From Hyaloraphidium curvatum SAG 235-1 (Eukaryota > Fungi > Monoblepharomycota): a stretch of DNA of 64,000 bases. The first letter of the stretch is position 1. Each line of letters opens with the position of its first letter. Positions 24,816 to 37,300 of this stretch are shown one piece after another. Where the stretch lies: NCBI GenBank assembly GCA_025558095.1, contig JAIVFI010000024.1, positions 186,001-250,000 of the forward strand, given 5' to 3'. The translations under genes and the position numbers were made by a program. The notes beneath the pieces are model-generated. The model did not search any database and was not told the origin of the DNA. It saw only the letters and a program-made list of their open reading frames with translations.

Positions 24816-25546
24816 TCACATCCGAACGATGACCACGGGCACCTCGCAGTGGTGCAAAAGGTAGTTGCTGGAACGAAGTAGCCACATTAGCGCCTCATAG
24901 AGGAATGTCGTCCAGAATAACCCACCTGACGGACCCGACGAGGAACGACTGCACCTGCGTTTTCGAATGGCTCCCAACCACGACCAGGTTGAAGCCCTCC
25001 TGCACCGCCTTTTCGCAGATGGCCTCCCCCGGGTCCCCGACCTCGACCTCGACTTTTGCCGTGATTTTCTTCTCGGCCAGCAGCGTCTCCTTCACCATCG
25101 CAAGGAACTCCTCTCCCTCCTCCAATGCGGAGCGCAGACGTCCGTCGTCGATCGCGGACTGGTCGACCATCAGGCCTGCAGGGCAACGGGCCGGCGGTCA
25201 GCATTGCGACGCCGCGAGACACGCTCGGGCAACCGACCGGCGTCAAAGGCGTCGAAAGCGGGCATCTGGGGAATCATCGTCTTGAACATGACCAAGGTGT
25301 CGCCTTCCCGAAGGAGCCGCTCGCAGGCAAACTGGACGACCTGCAAGGAGACGCCTCAGCGCAATTCTCCGGCGGGCCGCAGCGGTGCGCACTTTGATGT
25401 TCTCCTTCGAGAAGTCGGTCGCGAGCAGGATCTTCCCGGGGGCGCGCATCTGCGGGCGCGTCAGCGCGGGCGCGGCGGGCGGGCGGGCCGCGCACCTCGG
25501 CCTTTGAGCGCGGGCTCGCCGGTGCGTCGGACGGTGCGTCGGCCAT
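24816..25546 (-). CDS. Universal stress protein (UspA family), multi-exon
   Basis: KILLATDFS, GDPGEAICEKA, LVVVGSH, FLVGSVSNYLLHHCEVPVVIVR. Confidence 0.9.
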
Positions 25547-25629
25547 TTTCGTGGTGAGTGTGGGGCGCGGAGGGAGCCGGACGATGAAGTGGCGGCGGCA
25601 GAGCCAAAAGTCGACGCGTGACAACAACA

Positions 25630-26340
25630 ATGAGGCAGCTGGTCAAGTGGGCGAATCGCGCCTGTTCCGCGTTGCAGATGGCTTATTGCGTCGTTCTTGC
25701 TCGGCTTCTCGCCGCGATGGCGCCCTCTTGCCGTTCCGCGCCCCTCCTGCCGCCCGGTCGGCACGGTCCTTGCTCCGCTCCCCTCGATCCAGGATCCGCC
25801 TCGCCCGCTGGGGCATCTCGAAGAATCCGTTCTACGGCATCGTGGCCTCGCACGTGCGGTGGTCCCGCGACGGGAAGCACATGGAGCGCCTGGGGAGCTA
25901 CAACCCGATACCGGACCGCGACGGGAAGAAACACCTCACGCTCAACATCGAGCGGATAAAGCACTGGCTCGTGAGCGGGGCGGTGCCTTCGGAACGGGTG
26001 TCGTGGTTGCTGGCCATCGTGGGTTGCTTTCGAACGAGGTGGTGGTCCTGTCGTGCCTGACGTGCCTGTCCCTGCTTCGCCGTGCCTGGGCGACAACTCC
26101 GATTCTACCTTCCATTTCATCTTCTCTTATCCCTCCTCACCCTCTTTTTCTACCGCACTGGTCATGTGCTTGCTTTTTTGTCCCGCTGTGCCTCGACAGG
26201 CCGGCATCCTTCCCCCGAGCCCGAAGCACCTCCGCAACATGGGCCAGGAACCCCCCGCACCGGACATGTCGGCGTACCTGAGCAGGCGCGCCGCGCCGAA
26301 ACCGAAGAAGGAGGAGCAGGCCAAGGGCCGGAAGAAGTGA
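25630..26340 (+). CDS. MRPS16: Mitochondrial ribosomal protein bS16m; 3 exons
   Basis: VKIRLARWG...PFYGIVA...RDGKHMERLGSYNP...LNIERIKHWLVSGAVPSERV. Confidence 0.92.
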
Positions 26341-26831
26341 GGCGGGCGGCGCGGCTGGGACTCAGGGGCGCGCTCTGCCCGCTCTCTGGGACGGCCAGTC
26401 GGGGTGCGGGCCCTGCAGGGAGCTGGTTGCGGATGAGGATGTGCTGGGATGGGGCCGGAACTGCGTCATGTATGGAGAGGTCACCCGCGATACCATTTTC
26501 TGTCGGAGCTGGCTTGGGCGGAGATCCGTTGCCTCAACATCTCGAATCTGACCGTCGCAGGGACCGGTGCGAATGGTCGATTTGAAAACACGTCGGAATC
26601 TCGCTGGAAGAGTCGTGGCCGCGTAGCAAGTCGTCTTATCCCCTTTGGGCGGCCGAGCGGAGCTGCATTTGGTGCGTTGGCCGGTTGGCCGCCGCCCGGC
26701 TCAGCTCTGCGCGCCTCCCACCAAACAGAGGTGGTTTCACCCGCCGGCTCTGCCGCAGACCCTGTTCGGCCAGCGAATCGCGCTTCTGGCTGCACTGCAG
26801 CAGCGCAGGTGGCCCCCTGGGCGCCGGAGCA

Positions 26832-28638
26832 ATGCCGCCGCGTGCGTCGCCGCTCCCTGCGGAACCCAGCAGCGCCTCCCTGCCGCCGTACGAGACCATT
26901 GACCTGGGTTCGCCGCACGCGCATGGAGCCGCGCCGCCGCAGCAGGGGCTTTCGGCCCGCGTCATGGGCTGGCTCGGAGGCACGGAGGACGAGAGCTCTG
27001 CTTACAGAAGCTTCAGTATGTTCGACCACGTACCGGCGCCGGCCCCGCAGCAGCAGCCGACCGCAGGTGAATTCATCTTCCTTGTTTGTGGAATGCTGCA
27101 GCGGAGGGGCTGACTCTGTCCGTAGTCGCCACCGTGGTCGTGGACGGCGACATTCCGTGGAACACGACCGCCATCGTCGAACCCCCGGCTCCGGAGCCCG
27201 TGGACGGCATTCCCCTCTGGCCCGTGCCCTCCCCAACCGGAGCCAGCAATCTCGCTGCGCCAGCCACTCCCCGCGGCGCGTCACTTCCTTCCTCCGGCCC
27301 CCGCGTCTCGGAAGACGCGCGGCTGGCGCAGACCCTCCAGCAGCAGGAGTACGCCCTGGCGCAGGCGTCGGGGATCGCAGCGCCCGCGGGTGCGTACCGC
27401 CGGACAGGCACCGCGGGCGACCCGCTGGCGGGGACCGCCACGGCACGGACCTACCCGCGCAACGCGCAGATCGCGGCCATGACGGCCGAGCCGCGGCCGC
27501 CGGGCATGCCGCCGCCGCAGGCGCCACAGCCACGGCCGGAGCAGAAGATGAAGAAGCACAGGCCGTGGTTCATCTGGACGGTGTCGCTGATCCAGGTCGG
27601 CACGCTCATTGCCAGCCTGTTCATAAACTTCAACATGACCGGGGAGTACATCCAAACGACGCCCGTCTGGAACTACATGAGTGGGTTTACAGCGTGCTTG
27701 TCATGTGGACTGCCTGGATTGTCTAACTTCTCGTCTTCTTCGCTAGTCGGACCGACTTCGGGCGCCCTCATCCGCATGGGCGCCCGCTTCACGCCCTGCA
27801 TCCGCACCATTCCCCAGTACACCACCAATGCAACCACTCCCTACCTTCCTGCCTGCCCGCTGGGCATCCCGGCACCCTGCAACATCCAGCAGGTCTGCGG
27901 TCTAGACGGCACCACGGACCAGTGGTACCGCTTCATCATGGCCATCTTCCTGCACGGCGGCGTGCTGCACCTGCTCTTCAACCTCATCTTCCAGCTGCGC
28001 GTGGGCGCCGCGATGGAGAAAGACTTTGGGAGCTTCCGGATCGGCGCCGTGTACCTCCTGTGCGGCGTCGCCGGGTTCGTCTTTGGCGCCAACATCAACG
28101 CCCTCATGCCGAGCGTCGGGTGCTCGGGGGCGCTGTTTGGGCTGGTCGCGTGCCTGCTTCTGGACCTGCTGCAGAACTGGAAGCTCATCGTGCGGCCGTG
28201 GATCGAGCTGATCAAGCTCGTGATCGTCATCCTGCTCAGCTTCGCGCTCGGGCTCCTTCCATACGTCGACAACTTCGCCCAGTACGTCGCCCAGGTTGTG
28301 CCGCTACCGAATCTCATTGGGGCTAACTCCACAACCTAGCGTCGGCGGCTTTGTCGTCGGTATCTTTGCCGGCCTCATCTTCATTCCCACACTGTCATTC
28401 GGCAAGTGGCAGCGGCGGCGAAAGTGGATCCTCATCGGCATTGCGGTTCCCTGCCTCATCGGCGTCTACTTTGCTCTCTTCTGGGTGTTCTACAACGCCA
28501 CGGATGCCAACTGCATCTGGTGCAGATACCTGGATTGTGGGTCTCTCGGTTCGCGGACCTGCTTGTGCCCATGGTAACCCTCCGTCCCGCGCAGGTATAC
28601 CCATCATGGGATGGTGCGACAGTGCGTACATATCCTGA
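26832..28638 (+). CDS. Rhomboid family intramembrane serine protease
   Basis: QWYRF...FLHGGVLHLLFN, catalytic GCSG, PYVDNFAH(spliced)VGGF. Start codon uncertain. Confidence 0.88.
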
Positions 28639-28713
28639 TCACTCAAAGCACGATATCACGGCATTATGTGTGACATTCATTTGGTATAGCACTGGTCTCT
28701 CCACCATGCTTGC

Positions 28714-30252
28714 TCAGTCTTCGAACCGGATACGCCGGCCGGCCTCGCCGAGGAACTGGTTCTCCGTGTCCCAGCCCTTTGCCCGCATGCTCTCGAGCAG
28801 CGCGGCGCCCAACTTCTCTTCAGTGATCCCCGACCTCGACACGGCTTCCTCCGGATCCACGCCCGCGTCGAGCAGTCCGCGCAGTAGCGCTGCTCTGAAG
28901 TATCCGCGAATCACACCTTCCGCCCGCGCATCCTGAAGGAACCACAAGCACACCCCTCCCGATCGAATCACAGCGACGGCGTGCTCAGTCCCGCGAACTG
29001 GGTTTTGAATGAGGACGTGCGACGAAATGGCAGGTTCAAGGTGCAGAGGAGCGCGGGAAAAGCATGCGGCGCGGGCGTTTTGCGCGGGAGGAAGGGAGAA
29101 CCGCTCCTTTCTCCCGACAGCAACGGGACTTTCGAGAGCATCGCACAGCTCTTTCGGCGACGGGTCGGATGCCCCGCGCAGGATCCGCTCGACGACCGGG
29201 GCAAGAAGAATCTCGGCCCTCTGCACGTCCAGAGTTGGGCTGGAAACGTACTTGCAGGAGGCGTGGATGGCGTACATGTTGAGCGCGGCCAGGGGTGCAA
29301 AGGCCGCGCAGAGCGCCAGCGGGTGCGACGATGGCATCGCGAGCGAGAGCAGAACCCCGAGGCCGGTGCCCATGAGGCCAGCGGCGGTAGCCTGGGCGCC
29401 GGACTTGCCGGTCAGATCTCCAAGGTTATCCCGCACGAGAAACGTCTTGTTGATGGCGGCGCGGGCGGCCCCGGTAGCCAACCACGAGATGTTCTTGCCC
29501 ACGTTCGAGAGGGAGGCGCTCAACACAAAGAGATGTGGAAACAAGGGTGTGAGGAGCTCCAAGAACACAGCAGCATTCAACAATGCCGCAGACGAGAAGC
29601 GGTAGTGTTTGGGCTGCGCGTCGAACTTGGATGACACGATAGAAGCGTAGATGACACCGCCGAGCTGGCCGGCGCCATCCTTGAGGACCCAGTTTATGCC
29701 CGCGGCCATCGGCACGGAGCCGGCACCCACGCCCACAGCGTACAGCAGCGCTTGGAGCGACAGCACGTTGCTCAGGGTTCCCGTGACATTGGAAACCATG
29801 TTCCACATAGTGAAAGGCAGGTACGACTCGGCCACGCTCGACGGATAACCTTTCGGAAGAAACCCGACCACGATGTACTCAGTCAGACGCTTGCGAAGGC
29901 GCTGAGCAGCCGGCAGATTCGAAGCCGAGTCGGAAGGCTCGCCAGCGGCTCCGGCGTCCGCCTCCGCTGTCCGAGCACGGACCTCCCAGCGGCCCGTCGA
30001 AGCATTCAGGACGAGTTCTTCCCAAGTCACATCTAGCCCCTGCCTTCGCACAATTTGCAGGATCCGCGGCTCATTCTGGGGCTTGTTGGAGCCAGAAGCC
30101 GCTGCGGAGCCCGATGTGAAGACCCGTCCGCGGGAAGTCCTTGGTACAAGGGTTGGGGTCCGCAAGAGTCCCGCTGCAAGGCGACTCGCATCGGTCCGTA
30201 GCAAAGTCGTCCGCAGGGCTCCAAGGACCTGCCCACATCGGGTGATTCTCAT
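28714..30252 (-). CDS. RUS1/C16orf58 (root-UVB-sensitive, DUF647) family protein
   Basis: FLPKGYPSSV...ALLYAVGVG...INWVLKDGAGQLG...FDAQPKHYR...DNLGDLTGKSGAQ. Confidence 0.9.
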   Translation of the reverse strand: MRITRCGQVLGALRTTLLRTDASRLAAGLLRTPTLVPRTSRGRVFTSGSAAASGSNKPQNEPRILQIVRRQGLDVTWEELVLNASTGRWEVRARTAEADAGAAGEPSDSASNLPAAQRLRKRLTEYIVVGFLPKGYPSSVAESYLPFTMWNMVSNVTGTLSNVLSLQALLYAVGVGAGSVPMAAGINWVLKDGAGQLGGVIYASIVSSKFDAQPKHYRFSSAALLNAAVFLELLTPLFPHLFVLSASLSNVGKNISWLATGAARAAINKTFLVRDNLGDLTGKSGAQATAAGLMGTGLGVLLSLAMPSSHPLALCAAFAPLAALNMYAIHASCKYVSSPTLDVQRAEILLAPVVERILRGASDPSPKELCDALESPVAVGRKERFSLPPAQNARAACFSRAPLHLEPAISSHVLIQNPVRGTEHAVAVIRSGGVCLWFLQDARAEGVIRGYFRAALLRGLLDAGVDPEEAVSRSGITEEKLGAALLESMRAKGWDTENQFLGEAGRRIRFED

Positions 30253-30494
30253 GCCGAACGACGAGGATATGTTGGTGAGTGATTTGTCGCGGATCGACGC
30301 GCCCCGTAAACAACGCATGCGGTGCCCCCGGAAAGATGCCCCATAAGTCGCCGTAGATGCTCACATAGCTGCTTTTCATCTCTATTGGACGCGTCACTCG
30401 CTCGTCGAACGGAGATTTGAGCTGGATTGGCCTATAGCTGCCTTTACTTCGGTCGAACGCGTCGGTCGCTCGTCGAGCGGAGACTTGAACTGGA

Positions 30495-31484
30495 ATGGCT
30501 CCGGCGGAGGATGAAGCGCCACGGAAAGGCGCCCTGTCGGAATCGACCAAATCGCTCATTGCAGGGGGAGCCGGGGGCCTTGGTCTCACGCTAGCTGGCT
30601 ATCCGTTTGACCTCGTAAAGGTCAAGATGCAGACGGCCCCGGCGTCAACATATTCCGGAATGTTGAACTGCGCGGCGAAGATTCTTCGTGCTGATGGACC
30701 GCTAGGCTTCTACAGAGGAGCAACACCGGTGTTTCTCGGCGTCGTGCCAATCTTTGCTACTCTGTTTTGGGCCTACGATCGGGCACAACACCTTGCCGTC
30801 AGGCTTTGGGGCGGGGAGAAGCGAGTCGATGTCGGACCAGCGGCTGCGAAAGCGCCGCTCGTGGATCGGCTTTCGTTGGACCAGATTGCCTTTGCGGGGG
30901 GACTCAGTGCCGTGCCAACAACGATCCTTATGGGTCCGGCCGAGAGGGTCAAGATCCTGCTGCAGATCCAGGAAAAGGGCTCCACAAAGTACTCCGGCGC
31001 TGTGTCCGCGGTCCTGGGCTTGCTGAAGCAGGGTGGATTGCCGCTGTTGTTCCGTGGAACCTGGATGACTCTGTTGCGGGACTCGTGGGGTTCGATCTTC
31101 TATTTTGGCATTTTCGAGGCCGCCAAGCGCGCTTTCCAACGACGCAACGGCGGAGGGGAGCTCGGGGCTGGAGTGGTTGTGTGCGGAGCCTTGGCTGGGG
31201 CTGCCAACTGGTGTGTTTCGTTGGCCTTGTCAATCACCGGGACCTGCTGACCAGTCTTCCTTCGCAGGATCGTTATCATGCCAATTGATGTTGCCAAAAG
31301 CAAAGCTCAGGCCGTGACGGGTCCTTCGAGGGGAATGATACCGATCCTGCGCGACGTATACCGGACAGAAGGCATCCGAGGCCTGTTTGCAGGGCTCGGA
31401 CCCGCTTTGGTCCGGGCGGTGCCGGCGAATGCGGCGGCTTTCACTTGCGTGGAATCCACACGTCACTTCCTCGATAGATTCTGA
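30495..31484 (+). CDS. Mitochondrial carrier, carnitine/acylcarnitine translocase-like (SLC25A20/CRC1)
   Basis: Three PxD/ExxK signatures: YPFDLVKVKMQ, GPAERVKILLQ, MPIDVAKSK. RAVPANAA. One intron ~31215-31268. Confidence 0.9.
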
Positions 31485-31612
31485 CGTTATGTAGTCCCAA
31501 TTATTCTATTGCCAATCCACAACAGTTCTCGACTAGCCTATGTCGTGCCGCCACGCGCCACGTCACCCGCAACTGCATTCATTCATTCATCCAACCCCGC
31601 CCCCAATCACCA

Positions 31613-32369
31613 ATGTCGCTCCTCAAGCACCCTCTCCTCCTCTCGGCCGCGCACGTAAACGGCCGAGCCGTGGTTCCCTTGAGCCTCCGCGGCGTGCCGG
31701 GATGCCTGCGGTTCCAAAGCGGAGGCGGCGGGCCTGGCAAAATCGCTGAGCAGGCCACAAAGAAGATGGGTGAAGGCACTGGCGGTGAGAAGTCGACATT
31801 CGCGTTCTCTTTGTGGGTCTTCGACGGTAGCATCGTCGGTTGCAGACGAAATGGGCGACGAGCTGCGCAAGAAGACGAAGGAAGCCGGACACAAGGTCTC
31901 CGAGACCATGAGCCACGCGAAGCAGACAATGTCGGAAACAGTAGGTGCGACTACTTGAGGCTGCGCTTCTTGTGTTTCTTTCGCCGATCGGCTGTCTTCC
32001 TTTCCAGACGATGTCTCGCGCAGGATGACGGGCACCGCCGGCGAACCTTCCATGTCGACCGATGGCATGATGGAAGGGGCCAAGGATATTTACGAGAAGG
32101 CCAAAAGCATGGCAAAGGGAGCCGCCGACACGCTCGTCAACGCTACTCGGGGAGACAAGATCGAGACGCGGCCGACAAGGTCGGGGAGATGATGATGGGG
32201 GCCAAGGACAAGGCAAAGAACGCGACGGGCATGCCGGATGATCCCATGGGCAAGGCAAAGGAGGCCGTCAAGTGGACGACGTAAGCTCATTTGCGTTTCG
32301 ACGACCTCGGCTCTAAACCGTGGCTGCAGGGACACGGGAGCAGAGAAAGAGAGGGCGGGGAAGAACTGA
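31613..32369 (+). CDS. LEA/hydrophilin-like protein with probable mitochondrial presequence, tandem copy 1 (apparent 1-nt frameshift near 32165)
   Basis: K/E/A/M-rich repeats (KDIYEKAKSMAKGAAD, MGAKDKAK). Shares IAEQATKKMGEG and ELRKKTKEAG with the next gene. Confidence 0.65.
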
Positions 32370-32490
32370 ATGTTTGTAGCTTTTCATTCGAAGATGTGTG
32401 GTGTCGAAGCACTTTCGGCCGAAAAGCGGCAGCTAGGGACCATCGACACGTCACTCCACTCGCTCGACACACTCGACACACGGACGAACG

Positions 32491-33234
32491 ATGTCGCACT
32501 CCGCTCTCTCTGACTTTTCGCGCTTTCCACTTGCCGGACTGGGCCGTCTCCGAGCCGTAGACGCGCGCCTTGTGACGGGTCAGGGACGCCTGCAGAGCGG
32601 CGGGCCGTCCAAGAACATTGCGGAGCAGGCGACCAAGAAGATGGGGGAAGGCGCTGGAGGTGAACAGGCTGGCGAAGACTTCCTGTCCAGCGTTGACTAA
32701 CCTTCTTGGCAGACGAAATCGGAAACGAGCTGCGGAAGAAGACCAAAGAAGCGGGCGAGAAGGTCTCGGAGGCCATCGGAACTGCCAGCCGCAAGATGTC
32801 CGACACTGCCGAGGCCTTCAGTGAGTTAATGCCACTATTGAGCTCCACTTTCGCGGCTCATGAAGCGCCAGCCGATACGACGCGTGGCTTCACCGACCGA
32901 CCCAACGATCCGCCGGCGTCGTCGAAGAACGTGGCTGGGGAAGCCAAGGATCTGTACGAGATGACATCTGATTTCACCAAGGAAGCGTACGAGAAGGCTA
33001 AAGACATGGCCATCGGGGCTGCTTCGGCGATCGGGATCAAGAGCAAGCGTGGGATCGAGGATGCGCCCGTCAGGTCCGGCGAAGTCGGCGAGATCGTGAA
33101 GGACAAGTCGGACAAGGTGGCCGGGCAGACTCGGTACGCCTTCTTTTGACTGTTTGTCTGAATCTGGTTGCTCACGACGCCTCAGGGACCCCAAGGCATC
33201 GGGGGATCCTGGAGCTTCCGGCCCTACCCAGTAA
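32491..33234 (+). CDS. LEA/hydrophilin-like protein, tandem copy 2
   Basis: Paralogous to 31613-32369 with the same first intron position; KEAYEKAKDMA. Confidence 0.7.
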
Positions 33235-33418
33235 TCGCCCTTATCCGCAGCGGCAGTTCCACTGTAATGAATGGAAACGTGGTTTTTTCGGTAACGAGCA
33301 AAGGCTGATCGATTCGAAGTGTGCCGGCGCCGTCTCGCGCAACTCCGCGGATTCAATCTACCCACAATTCTGACCCGCAACCGCCTTCCTTCACCCGACG
33401 ACCTGGTCTACGTCTTTG

Positions 33419-34159
33419 ATGCCGACTGTTCTGGCCTACGAGCCCAATTCCCCGTGCGTCCCGATGCTTTCCAGCCTCTCGAAGGTCCACTGAACTCGTC
33501 ATTGACCTGACTTTGCTCGCCCATGACAGCTGCACGAACCGGTACCTGAGGTACACGTGGGACCAGGCGGCGCTCAAGAGGCACCAGAAACGCGTAAAAA
33601 CCATGACCGCGGCGGTGGACGACCGGTTGGAGGATTCGTTCAAGCCGAAGGAGTTCAACGCGAGCGCGGCGTCGGCGCAGCGGCAGCGGCAGAGGGAAAT
33701 CATGTCTGCCAACGCAAAGGTCGTCGGAACTACTAGCTTTCGTGCTCCCATTGGGACTCATTTGCCCTTTGGACTTCCGCAGATCGTCGGAAAGCTGGAC
33801 TCCATCGCCGCGCGGCCCCGACTCACCATCTCGGCCCCGCCGGCCGTCCTCAACATCAAGAAGACGAGCCATAACCCTCAGGCTGCCCGGAAGCTCCTCC
33901 TGGAGAACGAGGTGGGCACAGTCGGGGGCATCCATTGGGTCATTGGCCGACCCGACTCCCATTCCAGCGAATCGTGAACCGGATCTCGGATATCCTGACC
34001 GACAAGTACCAGCGGTCGCCATACAGCCGTGGACGGCTTCTGCAGGAGGCCGAGACGCTCGAAAAGCGGATGAGGCACCTAACAAAGTACCCGCCGATCC
34101 CAAAGACCGAGCTCCAGCGGCCCGAGTGGAACTCCCGGTTCGCGGTCGCCTGCCAATGA
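33419..34159 (+). CDS. CFAP97/KIAA1430 (Hemingway)-family cilia-associated protein; 4 exons
   Basis: AYEPNSPCTNRYLRYTWD...HQKRVKTM...AVDD and two helical repeats (REIMSANAKIVGKL; LLLENERIVNRI), ending TKYP. Confidence 0.7.
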
Positions 34160-34377
34160 AACGAGTGCCGCAGCTTGTTTGCGGTAGTTATTTGCCACCA
34201 TGTAACACGTAGCACGCTGTCTATACTTGACTTTGAACGTCGTCTTCAGTCATTCGGCACGTCAGTCATTCGGCACGTCCCCGATGTCCCCGCACAAGAC
34301 CGGCCATGGAGCAGAATAGTTCCTCCCCAGCAAAACCCCAGCGTCCGCAAAACAGGCAATGAGCGGTCCACGGCAGA

Positions 34378-35004
34378 TCACTGGAGCGAGCAGCTCGACT
34401 CGTCCTTCTTCTTTGCCGGCGCGGCCCCGGGCTTTGCCGCGCCCGCCGCCGCCTTCTCCGCCGGCTTCTCCGCGGCGGCGGCGCCCGCGCCGCTAGCCTT
34501 CTCGATCTCCGAAATCATCATTTCGAAGACCTTGGTGATGTTCTGGTTGAGCCGCGCCGAACTCTCGATGGCGACGCAGTTCCACTCCTTTGCCACCTTC
34601 TGGGCCTCCTCCTGCGACACCTGGCGCTGCAGGTGGAGGTCACACTTGTTGCCCACGAGCACGATGGGCACAAAGTCCGTCCCCGTGTAGTTGAGGATCT
34701 TATCGCGGATGATGTTGCACATCTCGAACGAGGTGCGGGACGTGATGGCGTAGACGAGCACGTAGCCGTGGATCCCGATGCTGTGCTTCTGGTTCAGGAT
34801 CGAGTACTCGTCCTGGCCCGCCGTGTCGATGATCTCCAGGGCGTAGTCCTGCCCCTTGTACTTCAGCACCTTGGTGAAGGTGTTTTCGATGGTCGGGTAG
34901 TAGGACTCGACGTAGTGGTTCTCCACGAACTGAATCGTCAGCGACGACTTGCCGACGGCGCGGAAGCCGAGCACGGCTATCCGCCGCGTCTTTGGCGGCG
35001 CCAT
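34378..35004 (-). CDS. RHEB: Rheb small GTPase, intronless
   Basis: GFRAVGKSSL (Rheb-type Arg), YYPTIENTF effector loop, DTAGQDEYS, NKCD, CAAX box CSLQ. Confidence 0.96.
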   Translation of the reverse strand: MAPPKTRRIAVLGFRAVGKSSLTIQFVENHYVESYYPTIENTFTKVLKYKGQDYALEIIDTAGQDEYSILNQKHSIGIHGYVLVYAITSRTSFEMCNIIRDKILNYTGTDFVPIVLVGNKCDLHLQRQVSQEEAQKVAKEWNCVAIESSARLNQNITKVFEMMISEIEKASGAGAAAAEKPAEKAAAGAAKPGAAPAKKKDESSCSLQ

Positions 35005-35182
35005 TCCGGGCGGGGCGAGGCGGCCGGTCGCTCTGTTTGCGGTTGCGTTGGCGCGGGCGCCGCGACAGATCACTTCGGACGGGCATCTCCACTGGGTCCT
35101 CTTGACCTGAATCGCGTCTTTCGACCCTATTCTTGGTCGAAGAAGGCGTCTTGAACCTCATCGTCGAGATTTGGGCGGCCCG

Positions 35183-35666
35183 ATGGCGGCCGCGACGCCC
35201 GGCACCGATGCCACGCCCCTGGACTTCCTCGACGACGTGTCCTCGCTGGACGAGGGCCGAGTGCCGTACCAGCACTCGCACGACGACTCGCTACCCGACT
35301 CGGCAGTCTACTCGCAGGGCATCCTGGACCTGCTCGCGCCCGTCATGCAGGAGCTCGACATGCGCGTCGCGGCGACGCGGGACTCGCAGGCGGACCTGCA
35401 CAGGGAGATACAGAGGCTGCAGGCGGAGCTGCAGATGCTACTGACGGCCACGGCGGTGCCTCCGGGGCTGAATGCCGAGGTGGAGGCCGGGATGAAGAAG
35501 CTGGACTCGATGCGGAAGAGGCTCGCGGCGCTCAACTCGAACCTGGCCAGCTGTGGGTCCCCAAGGCCGTCCGGGCTTTGTTTCAGGTCACTAACGAGGT
35601 CGTGGTCTCGCAGATAAGACGAGGTTGGACAAATGTCTGACGATTATCGCGGCCCCACGACGATAG
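35183..35666 (+). CDS. SNAPIN/Snn1-like BLOC-1 subunit; 2 exons
   Basis: GILDLLAPVMQELDMRVAATRDSQADL coiled coil. Intron 35553-35613. Confidence 0.75.
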
Positions 35667-35948
35667 CAAAGCGCTCGCCGAACTTGGTTCATCATGGAAC
35701 ATTCGGGGTGTCGAAATCGCGCGCGAGAGGGCTGTTGGCTGCCGAGGACATTGCCATCGTTGGTTGCCGGCACCGCACCGGCCCCGAAACCTTGATTATG
35801 TGGGGATAAGCTACACCGCTTTGACGCCGCGCTTTTACGATTGCGCTCCTCCCTTCTGGCACATGGCCGGGTATCGTTCGATCTGCCAATCAGCCCGTCG
35901 GCCTCGGCTCCTGCTTCTCCCGCTCCGGCGGCACGTCGCGAGGACGGT

Positions 35949-36961
35949 CTACTTGCGCTTGAACAGCTGCTCGATGCTCTGCATCTCCTGCAGCACCCTG
36001 GCCTTGGCCTTCCTGAGGTCCTCGATCTCCTCCCCGATCTTGCCCCCCCTCGCCTCGACGACGCGGACCAGCTTGGCGTGAAGCTCCCTGCCGTCGCGGA
36101 GGCGGTCGGCCATCTTCTCGAACCCGGCGGATATCTCCGGCATCTTCTCTGCGGGATCGGGATAGTCAGCGTTGTAGGCCGGACTTTCCGCGGCTGGAAT
36201 GCATGCGCACCGGTTGCAAGCTTCTCGAGTGCGTCGAAGGCTTCCTCGGGGGTCATCTCGTCCGTGATTGGCACCTCGGCGTTGTTGTACGGGTCCCAGC
36301 CCTCGGCGACAGGCCCGGCGCCGTCGCTTTCGCGCTCGTAGTCGCCGTCCTGCTGTCCAGGCTCGCTGCCGTCCTTGTCCTGCGCCGATCGGAGTAAGAT
36401 CGCGAAAGCGAAGGGGGGGAAGGCGGGACCGACCTCGTTCTCCTCCCCCTCGGGCGACGCCTCGGGGCCATCCTGCTGCGCGTTGTCGATCGCTGTGGTC
36501 ACGTCTGCCCGCGGTTGGCGGCCGCGAAGGGGGGATCTCGCGCGGGGTGACTCACAGAACTCGTGCTGCTCGACGCGGACCAGCTGCTGCGGCGACGACC
36601 TTCCTTCCGCGCCGAGCGCGTCGCGCACTTCGGCAAACCTCGTGACGCGCTGGCTGCCCCCCACGAGCTCGCGGTCCGCGTCCAGGTACGCCTGCACGGC
36701 CGCGCACTCGTCGGGCCTGCCGGGGGCGAAGCGCGGCGCGGGCTGCGAGAAGGTGTGGCGAGGGCGCTTCGCGTCGAAGTCGGAGTCGGCGAAAGGCCTC
36801 TTGGCGGGCATCGGCATCGGCGTGGCGAGGAACGGGTTCGGGAGATCCTGCTGGCCGGGCACGTCGCGGTCCGTCGGCGGGCTCGGCGGGCGCTCGGCGC
36901 GGCGGGCCGGCAGGACCGCGCGCATGGCGTTGCCGAGGCTCAGGGTGGGGCGGGCTGCCAT
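35949..36961 (-). CDS. Hypothetical protein with C-terminal coiled coil, multi-exon
   Basis: GC3-biased exons in ORFs 35591-36961 and 35949-36143; no family confidently recognised. Confidence 0.6.
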
Positions 36962-37300
36962 TTTCCTGGTCGCGAAGGCTGCTGGCTGGAGTGCGGTCGC
37001 GGGGCGAGTTGGGAATCAGAAACGAGCGGTGAGGCGTTCACACGCGACTCCAACAGTCAACCTCCACACCATAATGCGTTACACGTCGTCCTCTGCCCTG
37101 CAAAACTGGTGCAGACTAGATCCTTTATGCTACGGTTAGCAGGGGGGATCTCATGAGTCAACGAAGGCCGGGACTTCCGATTGCCCGGCCGTGAGCGAGC
37201 CCGTGGGCGCAAAGCACGAAAGATGTTCCCATGCCGGAGCTGAGAATCATTCTATCATTCTCCTCTCATTACAGCACATTCGCGAGTCTGCACCACACGT

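Noticed and set aside
15828-35004. Rheb and a tuberin-like GAP as a functional cluster
   Set aside because: The GAP looks like RalGAP-alpha, not TSC2, and about ten unrelated genes intervene.
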